A stretch of 64,000 bases of DNA from Gemmatimonadota bacterium (GCA_039588295.1 JBDHAB010000008.1:24289-88288), one strand, 5' to 3'; positions 27,381-37,600 are shown, counted from the stretch's first letter. Notes: generated by a model not told the origin, from the sequence alone. Made by a program: numbers and translations.

Positions 27381-27563
27381 ATGACCCGATTCCTGGCGTA
27401 CGTTGGGGAGCTTCGCGGCGAGCGACGCACGTTGGGTTGGCGCAGCTTTCTTCGCAAACGGGGCTGGCGGCTCGTGGTCGTGGTCGTCGCAGTCTATCTC
27501 GTCCGCGATCTGGTGCTCTTTCTCGTCCTCCCCCTCGCGATCGCATCCGGCCTCACTCGCTGA
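27381..27563 (+). CDS. small membrane protein (60 aa), hypothetical
   Basis: ATG at 27381 preceded by GGAGG (27366-27370). Basic N-terminus, then one long hydrophobic stretch LVVVVVAVYLVRDLVLFLVLPLAIASG. Confidence 0.45.
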   Translation: MTRFLAYVGELRGERRTLGWRSFLRKRGWRLVVVVVAVYLVRDLVLFLVLPLAIASGLTR

Positions 27564-27576
27564 TGGAGGGGTGCCC

Positions 27577-27945
27577 ATGATGGCCCCGAAGGAATGGGCC
27601 CGCGTGAACCGCAGTGGCGCACACGGACTGCGACGCGGCGCCTGGTATCCGGTGGTGAGCAACCCCAAAACGGGCATGCTGATCGTCAACGTCAGCAGAC
27701 ACAACATCCCGGTAGCTCGGAACCTCGTCGAGCTCAGATCCCAGAGGCCCAAGCAGTGGAGTGTGGTGCAGTTCGATGCGACCGACCCCGGCGCCGAGCG
27801 CGCGAACCAGGCCAATATTGGGCTCACGTACCTCGTCTGTCCTGCCTGCCGAGGCCGCGCACCGCTCGACGCCGAGAAGCCTCAGGAGGCGACGTGCTCC
27901 CAGTGCGGCGGTGAGTTTCGGATCGACTGGGCGCAGACCTCCTGA
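27577..27945 (+). CDS. hypothetical protein with C-terminal CxxC...CxxC zinc ribbon (122 aa)
   Basis: ATG at 27577 preceded by GGAGGG (27565-27570). CPACRG...CSQCGG pair near the C-terminus. Confidence 0.55.
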   Translation: MMAPKEWARVNRSGAHGLRRGAWYPVVSNPKTGMLIVNVSRHNIPVARNLVELRSQRPKQWSVVQFDATDPGAERANQANIGLTYLVCPACRGRAPLDAEKPQEATCSQCGGEFRIDWAQTS

Positions 27946-28078
27946 CACGCTGACCCCCCGCGGCGCCCTCGGTGCCGGCCCCACGTGCGTCTCATCCAAA
28001 CGATCCTGCGTACGGCACCCGATTCGGCGTCTTGCGCGTTCTGCCGTCGGGACCGCGAGGGGTCTATATTTCGAGCCC

Positions 28079-29308
28079 ATGTCGATCCCACCGCGAAGGC
28101 GGGCTGTTTCCGTCACAGTCGGCGACGTCGTGATCGGTTCATCCCATCCGGTCGTCGTCCAGTCGATGACGAATACCGACACCGCTGACGTTGCTGCGAC
28201 AGTCGACCAGGCAGCTGCGCTCGCGGCGGCGGGGAGTGAGCTGGTGCGGGTCACCGTCAACAACGAGGCAGCCGCACGGGCCGTGCCGGAAATCGTGGCG
28301 CGGCTCACCGATCGCGGCACTCGCGTCCCGATCATCGGCGACTTCCACTACAACGGTCACATCCTGCTGACAAAGTTCCCGGCGTTGGCAGCGGCCCTGG
28401 CCAAGTATCGGATCAATCCGGGCAACGTGGGCGCGCGACGAGGCGACGAGAACTTCCGCACGATCGTCGAGGTGGCGGTGGCGAACGAGCGCCCCATCCG
28501 AATCGGGGTGAACTGGGGCTCGCTCGATCGCAACCTGCTCACCCAGCTCATGGACGAGAATGCGCGGCGTGCCCAGCCGCTGTCGGCCGAGGATGTGACG
28601 CTGAACGCGATGGTGGAGAGCGCGATGCGTTCCGCGCAACTTGCGGAGGAGGTGGGACTTCCTCACGACCGGATTGTCCTGTCGGTCAAGATGTCCCAGG
28701 TCCAGGACCTCGTCAGCGTGTATCGCCGGCTGGCACCGCTGTCAGACTACCCGCTCCACCTCGGCCTCACCGAGGCGGGCATGGGGACCAAAGGAGTCGT
28801 GGCGAGCGCCGGAGGAATCGCCATCCTGCTTCAGCAGGGTATTGGCGACACGATTCGCGTCTCACTCACGCCGGCGCCGGGCGGGGATCGGACGGAAGAG
28901 GTCCGGGTGGCGCAGGAGATCCTGCAGAGCCTGGGGCTCCGCAGTTTCGTGCCGCAGGTGACTGCGTGTCCAGGATGTGGGCGCACGACCAGCACCTTCT
29001 TCCAGGAGATGGCCGACCAGATTCAGAGCTACCTTCGTGAACAGATGCCACGGTGGAAGCAGCGACACCCGGGGGTGGAGGCGATGCGGGTCGCCGTGAT
29101 GGGCTGTGTGGTGAACGGCCCTGGGGAGTCGAGGCACGCGAACATCGGCATCTCGCTCCCGGGGACCTTCGAGGAGCCCAAGGCACCGGTGTATGTGGAC
29201 GGCGCGCTCGCGCTGACCCTAAGGGGCGATCGGATCGTCGAGGAGTTCATCGCACTCCTCGACGACTACGTGGCAAAGTCGTACCCGAGCGCCGGTGCCG
29301 GGCACTGA
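28079..29308 (+). CDS. ispG: 4-hydroxy-3-methylbut-2-en-1-yl diphosphate synthase (flavodoxin)
   Basis: [69 protein letters not shown]. Confidence 0.93.
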   Translation: MSIPPRRRAVSVTVGDVVIGSSHPVVVQSMTNTDTADVAATVDQAAALAAAGSELVRVTVNNEAAARAVPEIVARLTDRGTRVPIIGDFHYNGHILLTKFPALAAALAKYRINPGNVGARRGDENFRTIVEVAVANERPIRIGVNWGSLDRNLLTQLMDENARRAQPLSAEDVTLNAMVESAMRSAQLAEEVGLPHDRIVLSVKMSQVQDLVSVYRRLAPLSDYPLHLGLTEAGMGTKGVVASAGGIAILLQQGIGDTIRVSLTPAPGGDRTEEVRVAQEILQSLGLRSFVPQVTACPGCGRTTSTFFQEMADQIQSYLREQMPRWKQRHPGVEAMRVAVMGCVVNGPGESRHANIGISLPGTFEEPKAPVYVDGALALTLRGDRIVEEFIALLDDYVAKSYPSAGAGH

Positions 29309-29378
29309 GTCGAGCTGTCGAACGAGCGCCGGCGGGCCGGGTTGCGTCACGCCCACGTCCGCACTCCTGTGCTCGAAG

Positions 29379-30389
29379 TTGGCGCAGTGGAGTCTGCGCG
29401 CGCTCGTCATCCTTCTCGTAGCGTCTGTGGTGCAATCCTGTGATCACTCGGCGCCACTCGACGTAGCAGAACAACTTCCGCTGGATCCGCGGGGCGCCAC
29501 ACTCCCCATCCGCCTCACCTACAATCCGAGCGACGATATCGACCCGGCAGTGGGCGGGGACATGATCGTGTACAGTCTGCTCGAGCCTGGGCGGGAGGAT
29601 CGCGACCGCTGCTTGGGGTACCTTCCGACGGCCGGTGGTACCCGCCTTGCCCTGCGGTGTCCGGGGGGCGCAGTGGCGGACAGCACGCTCGATGCGTGGC
29701 TACAGCCCGCGGTCTCGGACGACGGACGCATCGCCTATGTGCTGCAGCGGTCGAGTGTCCTTGCCGAAACGCCGTCGCTACGTCGCATCGTGGTGGCTCC
29801 GCTCGAGGCTCCTGATAGCGCGCTCTTCGAGGCAAGCGCCTTCTTCGATCTCGCGGACGGCCGGCGAGCGTTCGACCTCCGAGCACTTGCGTGGACGGAG
29901 AGCGGTGCACTCCGTTTCGTGGCGGGGAAGGACTCCTTCCCGAAACCCGATGGTGTTCGGGACACCCTGTTCCAACCGCTGCGTCTCGTCGAGTTGGACC
30001 TGACCACTGGCTCCATTACCGAGATTGCCGGCACCGATGGCGTGATCGCGCACGCCCCGGCACCGGATGGCGGAATCTGGTTCGTGATGGAATCGACTCC
30101 TCGGGTGCTCTGGCATCGCCCGCCCGGGGGCTCCAGTCCAGATTCGATCGGCGCGTTTTCCGGTGCGGTCTCCCACGTGGCGAACATCGACGGGCTCCCA
30201 GTCGGCGTGCAGCCCGGACCGGATACGTCGCTGGTCGAGATCCTCGACTTGGGAACGGGAATGTCGGCCGCAACCATCGTGGTGATCGGACGTGCCAGTC
30301 AGATTGCGCCGATCCCCGGGTCGCGAAGCTTCGTGCTCCAGCTGATCACCAACATGCATCCGGATCTGTGGCTCTTGGCACTGCCATGA
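29379..30389 (+). CDS. hypothetical lipoprotein, beta-propeller/TolB-like repeats suspected
   Basis: ORF 29295..30389. In-frame TTG at 29379 gives M-AQWSLRALVILLVASVVQS|C, a lipobox-type signal. Repeated D-G-x-I-A/V-Y/F strands. The stop overlaps the next start (ATGA at 30386). Start is uncertain (ATG at 29295 is the alternative). Confidence 0.55.
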   Translation: MAQWSLRALVILLVASVVQSCDHSAPLDVAEQLPLDPRGATLPIRLTYNPSDDIDPAVGGDMIVYSLLEPGREDRDRCLGYLPTAGGTRLALRCPGGAVADSTLDAWLQPAVSDDGRIAYVLQRSSVLAETPSLRRIVVAPLEAPDSALFEASAFFDLADGRRAFDLRALAWTESGALRFVAGKDSFPKPDGVRDTLFQPLRLVELDLTTGSITEIAGTDGVIAHAPAPDGGIWFVMESTPRVLWHRPPGGSSPDSIGAFSGAVSHVANIDGLPVGVQPGPDTSLVEILDLGTGMSAATIVVIGRASQIAPIPGSRSFVLQLITNMHPDLWLLALP

Positions 30390-33142
30390 ACGGGCTTCGA
30401 GCGTTCTTCGCGTTGCTCGTGATCGCGGCGCCCGCCACGCTGGAATCACAGGCCGGGGGCATGATCACCGGCCGCGTGACCGATCGGCTGAATGAGACGC
30501 CGATCGGCGGCGCCGTCGTGTGGGTGGGTGGTGGTCAACAGGGTGGGAGGACCGATGCGAACGGCCGGTATGCGATTCGGGACGTCCTTCCCGGTGTGTA
30601 CCGTGTGACGGTTCGCGCCGTCGGGTTCCGAGCGATCACACGCGATAGCGTGTTCGTCAGCAGCGGGCGCACTGCGGTGCTGGACTTCGTGCTCACCTCC
30701 GAGGCCGTGGCGCTCCCCGGGGTGGCCGTGGTGGGGACCCCCGACCGGCTGCTCGACCCGCGGGAACCGCAGACGATCCAGCAGATCGGCGGTGAGGAGC
30801 TGCGCCAGCTCCCCGTGACGTCGCTGGAGGAGGCCATCGAGTTGCAGGCCGGTGTCGTCCAGGGGTCGTTTCGGGGAGGCCGGGTGGGGGAGGAGGCGTG
30901 GGTCATCGACGGCCTCGGCGTCAAGAACCAACTGGATGCCTCGTCGGGACAGCTGGGGTTGCGGATCCCCACGGTGGCGCTCGAAGAAGCCACGCTGGTG
31001 ACGAACGCGTTCTCGGCCCGGTACGGTCAAGCGCTTTCCGGTCTCGTGACGGCAGCAACAAGAGACGGCGGTGAGCGCTGGGAAGGGCGGATCGCGTACG
31101 AGACCGATCGGCCGCTCCCTGACGGGTGGGACGTCGGCCTGGATCGTCTCACCGTCTCGGTGGGCGGTCCCGTGCTTGGCTCCGTGCGGTTGTTCGCCGC
31201 GTTGGATGCCCAGGGGCGAATCGATGATGATCCGGTCCATGCGCCGCCACCGGAGGACACGCTCGATCCTCGCACGGAGCGGCCTTGGCTCCTGCCGCAC
31301 AACTCCGGGGAACAGTACGACCTGTTCGGAAAGCTGACGATCCCGCTTGGCCGGCAGCAAACCCTGCGACTGTCGGGTGCCAGCTCGGAGTCGCGACGCC
31401 TGTTATACGATCCGGCGCTCAAGTATGTGCCCGACGCCGGACCGGCCCAACGGGTGAGCGGTCGGCTGGGCCTGCTCCACTTCCGCCGGACCTCTTCGCC
31501 GAGCGCGGCGACGAGTTTCATCGTGGATCTGCGCCTCGGCTACTTCAGCAAAGAGGCAATCCGTGCGCCGCTCACCGAGCCAACCACGGCGGAGTTCGGC
31601 GCGTTCACCTTTGCGGGCCTGGAGTTCGCGGGTGAGGCACTCGCCAAGGCTGGCGATACGCTTGGCGCGCTGGACCCGATTCCGGGCGTCACCGTTCCGC
31701 AGTTCGTGGAGACGACCCCCTGGGGCGTCCCCGGATTCTTCACGACCGCGTCTCCTCGCGGGGAGCTGACGTGGAACCGGTTTCGCGAGGGCCGCGCCCG
31801 ACTCGACTTCCTGGTCGGTCGCGGGGCCGATACCGACCTTCGCTTGGGTGGGGAGTACGTTCGCCAGCAGGTCACGACCTTCACCCGGCTGGAAGGGTAC
31901 CGTGCGGTGGTTGACGGTGCACCGCCGCCTACGACTGCCGCATTCTTCCCGTTTCAGGCGGCGGGGTACGTGGAGCTGCAGCAGCGCGCGGGTGAACTCA
32001 CGTTCACCGGTGGATTGCGGGCGGACGCGTTCAACGGGCGCGCCGCAACAGAGGGCGGGCAGTCGAAGACCCAGTTCACCTTGGGTCCTCGCCTTGCACT
32101 TTCCACCGCACTCGGTCCGGCAACGATCGTGGCGAGTTGGGGCCGGTTTGCTCAGCCGCCCGATTTCCAGTACCTGGTCGACGCCGCCTTCGACGATACG
32201 CTGCGCACGGGTCGCTTTCGTCGCGGCAATCCCTCACTCGGGTTCGAGACGAGTACGCAGTACGAGTTCCAAGTTCGCGCACGACCGGTGCCGTTCTTCG
32301 CAGTCCGTGTCGGAGCCTTCGTCAAACGCCTCGACGGCCTCGTCGCCTCCATTCCGCTCGGCTTTGACCCGGACAGCTCCATCTACGGGAACGGCGACTT
32401 CGGCAACGTGAAGGGCTTAGAGGTCACCCTGGAGCGGGAATACCGCGACGCATTCGGCCTTCGGGCCACCTACGTGCTCCAGCAAGCCGAGGCGACCGCA
32501 ACCGATGCTCGCGATCTCTTTCGCCGTCTCCAAATCACCCCCGTCGGTGATACGGTCGTGCCGGCGACGGCGGAGTTCCCGCTCAATTTCGATCGCCGAC
32601 ACGCGGTCATCGTGGTGGCCAGGGCGAGCGTGCCCGTGGAGCTCGGCTCGGTCGTCGGAGGTACGGAGGCGGCGCTGGTCGCGCGTTGGAGTTCCGGGCT
32701 TCCGTTCAGTCGCTCCAACGCGACGGGGGATTCGCTGATAGGCCTGCCCAACGCGCAGCGGTTGCCGGCGCAGGTCACGATCGACTTGTTCCTGAGGCGA
32801 ACCGTGCGCATTGGTGGGATGCGGCTTGGGGGGTTCGTGGACGTCAGGAACCTCACGAACCGGCGCAACGTCGTTGCGGTTCGCCGCGACAACGGGCAGC
32901 CGGTGGCCGATGATCTCGTGATCAGCACAGCAGCGGAGGCGGCGTTTCAGGCAAACCCCGATCCAATTCCGTACGAATCCCGGCGATACCGACCGTGGGC
33001 GGATCTGGACGCGAACGGGCTGGTCGAAGGGCGTGATGAGCTGCTGCCGTTATACTTGCGAGCCGCCACCGACTTCACCCAGCCACTGTTCTTCTTCGGG
33101 TCGCCGCGCCTGGTGCGGCTCGGTGTGGAGCTACGCTTCTAG
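30386..33142 (+). CDS. TonB-dependent-receptor-like outer-membrane protein with N-terminal carboxypeptidase-regulatory-like domain
   Basis: Signal peptide LRAFFALLVIAAPATLESQA. ITGRVTD..TPIGGAVVWV...TDANGRYAIRDVLPGVYRVTV (CarbopepD_reg). Plug-like LPVTSLEEAIELQAGV...IDGLGV...FSARYGQALSG. Long beta-rich barrel ending ...RLGVELRF (terminal Phe). Confidence 0.85.
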   Translation: MNGLRAFFALLVIAAPATLESQAGGMITGRVTDRLNETPIGGAVVWVGGGQQGGRTDANGRYAIRDVLPGVYRVTVRAVGFRAITRDSVFVSSGRTAVLDFVLTSEAVALPGVAVVGTPDRLLDPREPQTIQQIGGEELRQLPVTSLEEAIELQAGVVQGSFRGGRVGEEAWVIDGLGVKNQLDASSGQLGLRIPTVALEEATLVTNAFSARYGQALSGLVTAATRDGGERWEGRIAYETDRPLPDGWDVGLDRLTVSVGGPVLGSVRLFAALDAQGRIDDDPVHAPPPEDTLDPRTERPWLLPHNSGEQYDLFGKLTIPLGRQQTLRLSGASSESRRLLYDPALKYVPDAGPAQRVSGRLGLLHFRRTSSPSAATSFIVDLRLGYFSKEAIRAPLTEPTTAEFGAFTFAGLEFAGEALAKAGDTLGALDPIPGVTVPQFVETTPWGVPGFFTTASPRGELTWNRFREGRARLDFLVGRGADTDLRLGGEYVRQQVTTFTRLEGYRAVVDGAPPPTTAAFFPFQAAGYVELQQRAGELTFTGGLRADAFNGRAATEGGQSKTQFTLGPRLALSTALGPATIVASWGRFAQPPDFQYLVDAAFDDTLRTGRFRRGNPSLGFETSTQYEFQVRARPVPFFAVRVGAFVKRLDGLVASIPLGFDPDSSIYGNGDFGNVKGLEVTLEREYRDAFGLRATYVLQQAEATATDARDLFRRLQITPVGDTVVPATAEFPLNFDRRHAVIVVARASVPVELGSVVGGTEAALVARWSSGLPFSRSNATGDSLIGLPNAQRLPAQVTIDLFLRRTVRIGGMRLGGFVDVRNLTNRRNVVAVRRDNGQPVADDLVISTAAEAAFQANPDPIPYESRRYRPWADLDANGLVEGRDELLPLYLRAATDFTQPLFFFGSPRLVRLGVELRF

Positions 33143-33180
33143 CCGAGCTGCCGGTTTTTCGACATGTACATTGACAACCC

Positions 33181-34005
33181 GTGTGGACAACGCGTGGAAA
33201 GGTGGATTGGTTGTTGACAGACACGGACGGGATTGCCCAGGTCGATCGTGCGGCCGAGCTGCTGGCCGGGGCGGGTGCGGTGGTGGCGCTGACCGGGGCC
33301 GGGATGTCGCACGAGTCGGGGGTTCCGACTTTTCGCGACGCGCAAACGGGCCTGTGGGCGCGCTACGATCCCACCGAGCTGGCCACCGAGGACGCATTCC
33401 GTCGGAACCCGGCGCTAGTGTTCGGGTGGTATCTCATGCGTCTGAGGCTCGTTCGCGCGGCTTCGCCTCACGCGGGACACCACGCGTTGGTGTCAATGGA
33501 GGAGTGGTGCAAGCGGTTCGCGGTCGTGACGCAGAATGTGGACGGTCTCCATCGACGCGCCGGAAGCCGTGACGTTGTCGAGTTGCATGGCTCGTTGGAG
33601 TCCTTTCGGTGCTTCGACCGCGGCCACCCCTTCGACACCACGCGACTCGAGGGGGTCGAGGCGCCTGCGACAGGTGCGGTGGACCCTCCAGCGTGCGAGG
33701 AGTGCGGAAGCCCAATCAGACCGGGCGTGGTGTGGTTTGGCGAGACGCTGCCACCGGGCGCGTTGGAGCGTGCGTGGGAGCTCGTCGAGCGGTGCGATGC
33801 CCTTCTCGTCATCGGCACATCGTCGGTGGTGTATCCTGCCGCTGCGTTGCCCGAACTCGCTGCGCGGCGAGGAGCCATGGTGATCGAGATCAATCCACAG
33901 CAAACCCCTCTTACGCCGCGAGCAGATCTTTGGTGGCCTCAATCGGCGCGGTCGGCGCTCCCGGCGTTGATGGGTCGTCTCACGTCTTCGGATCCGACCC
34001 CGTGA
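33181..34005 (+). CDS. cobB: NAD-dependent protein deacylase (sirtuin, CobB type)
   Basis: TGAGMSHESGVPTFRD, VTQNVDGLH, LHGS, zinc site C..(x)..CEECGSPIRPGVVWFGE, GTSSVVYPAA. The start could be GTG 33181 or TTG 33211/33214 (after GGAAAGGTGG). Confidence 0.88.
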   Translation: MWTTRGKVDWLLTDTDGIAQVDRAAELLAGAGAVVALTGAGMSHESGVPTFRDAQTGLWARYDPTELATEDAFRRNPALVFGWYLMRLRLVRAASPHAGHHALVSMEEWCKRFAVVTQNVDGLHRRAGSRDVVELHGSLESFRCFDRGHPFDTTRLEGVEAPATGAVDPPACEECGSPIRPGVVWFGETLPPGALERAWELVERCDALLVIGTSSVVYPAAALPELAARRGAMVIEINPQQTPLTPRADLWWPQSARSALPALMGRLTSSDPTP

Positions 34006-35432
34006 GTGACAGACCGCGGTTCCGCCGCACGAAGATCGTTGCGACTCTGGGGCCCGCCTCGGCCGGAGACCTGATTCTCGGCGAGTTGATCGAGGCCGGT
34101 GTCGATGTGGTGCGGATCAACAGTTCGCATGGTGACCCAGCGGAGTGGTCGCGCTGGATCGGACGTGCGCGCGAAGTGGCCGATGGGCTCGGGCGACATG
34201 TTGGTGTGCTCGTCGATCTCCAGGGGCCACGGATTCGGGTGGGTGCGCTCGCTGAGCCGATGCAGCTGACCGAGGGTGCCGCGGTCTGGTTCGCACCGGA
34301 GGCATCGGCAGAGCCCGGCGACATTCCCACCACGTATGACCGCCTTGCAGACGACGTCTCCCCTGGCAGCCCAATCCTCCTGGACGACGGTCTCCTCGCG
34401 GTCGAGGTCACCACGGTTCTCGGTGGACGCGTTGGCGGGGCGGTGCGCCGTGGCGGCCTCTTGAAGAGCCACAAGGGTATGAACCTTCCCGGCACCACCG
34501 TGAGTGCGCCCACGCTCACGGAGAGCGACCGTGGACACCTCGCGCTCGCGGTCGATCGCGGGGCCGATTTCATTGGTGTTTCATTTGTGCGACGCGCCGA
34601 GGATGTCGACTCGGTGCGCCGCCGCGTTCCCCCGGACGTGCGGCTCGTCGCGAAGATCGAGAAGGCGGCGGCGATCGATGACCTATCGCGCATTCTCGAT
34701 GTCTCCGACGGGCTCATGGTCGCTCGCGGCGATCTCGGAGTGGAACTCCCGTTCGAGGAAGTCCCGTTGACGCAGAAACGACTCATCGCACGTTCGAATC
34801 GGCGCGCCCGTCCAGTCATTACGGCGACGCAGATGCTCGAGTCTATGGTGCGGCAGTCGCGGCCCACCCGTGCGGAGGCATCGGATGTCGCGAACGCGAT
34901 CCTCGACGGCACGGATGCGGTGATGCTTTCTGCCGAGACGGCGATCGGCAGGCATCCCGTCGACGCGGTACGAGCGATGGTGCGCATCATCGTCGAGGTG
35001 GAGCGGTCGGTGCTTTCGGAGTCCGGGAACCGCCGCGCGCGCCCCGAGGTCGGGATCCGCACGAGACCCCACACAATCGATGATGCCATTGCGTACGCGA
35101 CGACCGTCGCGGCCGAGATGCTCGACGTTCCGATCATCGCCTGTTTCACCAAGAGCGGATTCACTGCCAGAAAGATCGCTGCGCACCGACCGGGCACGCC
35201 GATCGTGGCCCTCTCTACTGAACCCACCACCTGTCGTTGGCTCTCGCTCGTGTGGGGAGTGGTTCCGATCCTGATCCAGGACGCGCCAACCTATGAGGTC
35301 ATGCTTGGCAAGGCGCGCGACCTGCTGTTGGAGCGGGAGATTGTCGCGCGAGGAGATCGCATCGCAGTGACGGCTGGGGTGCCGTTTCACGTGCCGGGGA
35401 CGACGAACCTTCTCAAGGTCGAGACAGTGTGA
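34002..35432 (+). CDS. pyk: pyruvate kinase
   Basis: RRTKIVATLGPAS, VRINSSHG, DLQGPRIR, NLPG, VSFVR, AKIEK, MVARGDLGVE, VITATQMLESM, TRAEASDVANA, DAVMLSAETA. GTG at 34002 forms a GTGA overlap with the cobB stop. Confidence 0.93.
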   Translation: MSDRPRFRRTKIVATLGPASAGDLILGELIEAGVDVVRINSSHGDPAEWSRWIGRAREVADGLGRHVGVLVDLQGPRIRVGALAEPMQLTEGAAVWFAPEASAEPGDIPTTYDRLADDVSPGSPILLDDGLLAVEVTTVLGGRVGGAVRRGGLLKSHKGMNLPGTTVSAPTLTESDRGHLALAVDRGADFIGVSFVRRAEDVDSVRRRVPPDVRLVAKIEKAAAIDDLSRILDVSDGLMVARGDLGVELPFEEVPLTQKRLIARSNRRARPVITATQMLESMVRQSRPTRAEASDVANAILDGTDAVMLSAETAIGRHPVDAVRAMVRIIVEVERSVLSESGNRRARPEVGIRTRPHTIDDAIAYATTVAAEMLDVPIIACFTKSGFTARKIAAHRPGTPIVALSTEPTTCRWLSLVWGVVPILIQDAPTYEVMLGKARDLLLEREIVARGDRIAVTAGVPFHVPGTTNLLKVETV

Positions 35433-36208
35433 GCGGACGCCTCATCATCCTCGGGTCGGGCACCTCGTTCGGCGTGCCGGTGATCGGGTGCAGTTGTCGG
35501 GTATGCACCTCCGAGGATCCGAGAGACCGCCGGACCCGGACGGCGGCCGTGATCGAGATCGACGGTCAGGCAAGGCTGCTCATCGATACCCCGCCGGAGG
35601 TGAGACTGCAGCTGGTGGGAGCGGGCGTCGACACCGTGGACGCGGTGCTGTACACGCACGAGCACGCGGATCACGTGAGCGGGATCGACGACTTGCGTGC
35701 CATATCCGTGCGACGAGGATCCTTGCCCGTGTACGGTCCCCCGGAGACGATCGTGCAATTGCGGCGACGCTTTTCGTACATCTTCGACGCGGCCATCGAC
35801 CCTCCGCCCGGCACGGCCAAACCCGAGCTTGCGCCTGTCGCGCTGGAACCGTACGAGGCGTTCGCGGTGGCGGGAACACCGGTGCTACCGTTGGCAGCGG
35901 ACCACGGTGGATCGATGGTGTACGGGTATCGGGTTGGCCCAGTCGCCTATCTCACGGACGTGAAGTCGGCTCCCGAGGAAACGGTGGAGGCGTTGCGTGG
36001 GGTGGACGTCCTGGTGCTCAACGCGTTGTTCGAACAGCCCCATCCTACGCACCTGTCTATCTCGGAGGCGGTTGCGCTGGCAGAGCGGGTTGGAGCGCCG
36101 CACACGTTTCTCACGCACCTCACGCATCGGTTCACCCATACCGAGTTGGAAACGCGGCTGCCCCACGGCGTCGTGCCGGCCCACGACGGACTGGTGGTTT
36201 CCTTTTGA
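35429..36208 (+). CDS. MBL-fold metallo-hydrolase (PhnP/GPMB-like)
   Basis: ILGSGTSFGVP, YTHEHADHVSGIDDL (HxHxDH), downstream His/Asp ligand contexts. GTG at 35429 overlaps the pyk stop (GTGA). Confidence 0.85.
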   Translation: MSGRLIILGSGTSFGVPVIGCSCRVCTSEDPRDRRTRTAAVIEIDGQARLLIDTPPEVRLQLVGAGVDTVDAVLYTHEHADHVSGIDDLRAISVRRGSLPVYGPPETIVQLRRRFSYIFDAAIDPPPGTAKPELAPVALEPYEAFAVAGTPVLPLAADHGGSMVYGYRVGPVAYLTDVKSAPEETVEALRGVDVLVLNALFEQPHPTHLSISEAVALAERVGAPHTFLTHLTHRFTHTELETRLPHGVVPAHDGLVVSF

Positions 36209-36292
36209 CGGGGTTTCTGCGGGGTGGTAAATTCAAATTTGACAACGTGCTAGCGCCCTGGGCGCTGGCGATGGAGCGGGCAAGGAGGGACG

Positions 36293-36721
36293 ATGACACA
36301 CGTACGAGATGACAAACCGGTGATCATCATCGAGAAGTCGAGCGGGGGCTTTGGCGGCTTTCTTCTCGGGTTGCTCGTCGGGGCAGGAGCCGCCCTTCTG
36401 TGGGCGCCGCAGACTGGGGAAGAGACTCGTGAGGCGCTGCGTGAGCGCGGCCGCAAGTTGCGGGAGGATGCGCGGACCCGCGCTGGCGAGATCCATGAGC
36501 GAGTCGAGGAAGGATACGAGAAGGCCAAGGAGCGGGTTGAAGAAGGGTTCGATTCGGCGCGTCGCACGTTGCGTGAGAAGCGCGCCGGCGCGAAGGATGC
36601 ACTCGACGCCGGGCGCTCGGCTGTGCGGTCTGCCCGCGAAGAGCTCGAGAGCCGTCTGTCGGAGTCGCGCGAGGATCGGGCCAAGACGCCGAGCGGGGAC
36701 GGGGACGAGGCGGCCTCCTAA
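36293..36721 (+). CDS. YtxH-domain general-stress-type protein
   Basis: GGFLLGLLVGAGAALLWAPQTGEETREALRERGRKL, followed by a long charged helical region. GGAGGG lies 5 nt upstream of the ATG. Confidence 0.8.
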   Translation: MTHVRDDKPVIIIEKSSGGFGGFLLGLLVGAGAALLWAPQTGEETREALRERGRKLREDARTRAGEIHERVEEGYEKAKERVEEGFDSARRTLREKRAGAKDALDAGRSAVRSAREELESRLSESREDRAKTPSGDGDEAAS

Positions 36722-36739
36722 GAAACGCTCCGCAGCCAC

Positions 36740-37600
36740 GTGCAGGTCCCGCCGCGCCGCGGATGGGCGTTCTCGCCAATGGGTTTCGTACGCCGCGTTG
36801 TCGTTTCGGCGTACGACGACAACATCCTGTTTTTGGGCAGTGCGTTGACGTTCGACGCCTTGCTTGCGGCGCTTCCGTTTGCTCTTCTCTTGTTGGCGAC
36901 GCTGGGTTACTTCGTGCATTCGGGCGAGGCGGCCATGAGCGATGTCGTGGCGCTGTTGGACCGGTTGCTCCCGGATGCGGGCCCGCGGGGCGATGCGCGC
37001 CTGGGCCGTGCGGAGGAGTTGATCACCGGTGTCGTTGCGACCCGGAGCCAGCTTTCGGCGTACGGTATCCCGCTGTTTCTCTGGTTTGCCACCCGGTTCT
37101 TCAGGGGAGCGCGCGCGGCGTTGAACGAGATCTTCGACACGCACGAATCCCGTCCCTTCTGGCTGGGAAAGACCGTTGATCTTGGCCTCGTCATCGCGAG
37201 CCTCGTCCTTATTGTCACGAACGCGTACTTGACGCTGCGCTTTGCAGACGACCCGTGGATCGGGAGGTTCGTGATTGGCCTGTCGACGTACGGACTGGGA
37301 GTTGCGCTGTTCTTCATTGTCTACACGTTCGCTCCCACGCGGCGTGTGCGTGCAGACACGGCCCTCGTCGCCGCCTCCGTCGCCGCGCTGGGGCTCGAAA
37401 TCGCGAAGAAGGCGTACAGCCTGTACCTCGCCGAATTTGCCACGATTGACCGCCTCGTGTCCAACGCCAATACGATCGCCGTGTTGCTGGTCGTGGTGTG
37501 GCTCTATGCGATAGTGTGTGTGTTTCTCGTCGGAGGAGAGGTTGCGGAGACGTATGATCTCATGCGTCGTCAGCGTGAGCAGCGGGCCATCCTCGCGTGA
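36740..37600 (+). CDS. YihY/BrkB (virulence factor BrkB / former RNase BN) family membrane protein
   Basis: GSALTFDALLAALPFALLLL..., multiple TM helices, C-terminal IAVLLVVVWLYAIVCVFLVGGEV. Alternative ATG start at 36779. Confidence 0.85.
   Translation: MQVPPRRGWAFSPMGFVRRVVVSAYDDNILFLGSALTFDALLAALPFALLLLATLGYFVHSGEAAMSDVVALLDRLLPDAGPRGDARLGRAEELITGVVATRSQLSAYGIPLFLWFATRFFRGARAALNEIFDTHESRPFWLGKTVDLGLVIASLVLIVTNAYLTLRFADDPWIGRFVIGLSTYGLGVALFFIVYTFAPTRRVRADTALVAASVAALGLEIAKKAYSLYLAEFATIDRLVSNANTIAVLLVVVWLYAIVCVFLVGGEVAETYDLMRRQREQRAILA

Noticed and set aside
33181-34005. SIR2-domain protein as an anti-phage defence effector (Thoeris/DSR-like)
   Set aside because: It is short (~270 aa) and collinear with canonical CobB, including the zinc module. 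It has no fused sensor/effector domain or partner defence gene and is embedded in housekeeping genes.
36226-36262. Sigma-70 promoter from the perfect TTGACA (36239-36244) in the AT-rich patch taaattcaaatttgacaac upstream of the YtxH gene
   Set aside because: No acceptable -10 hexamer lies 16-19 nt downstream. It may still be a promoter or UP-like element for a non-canonical sigma factor, but I cannot support the call.
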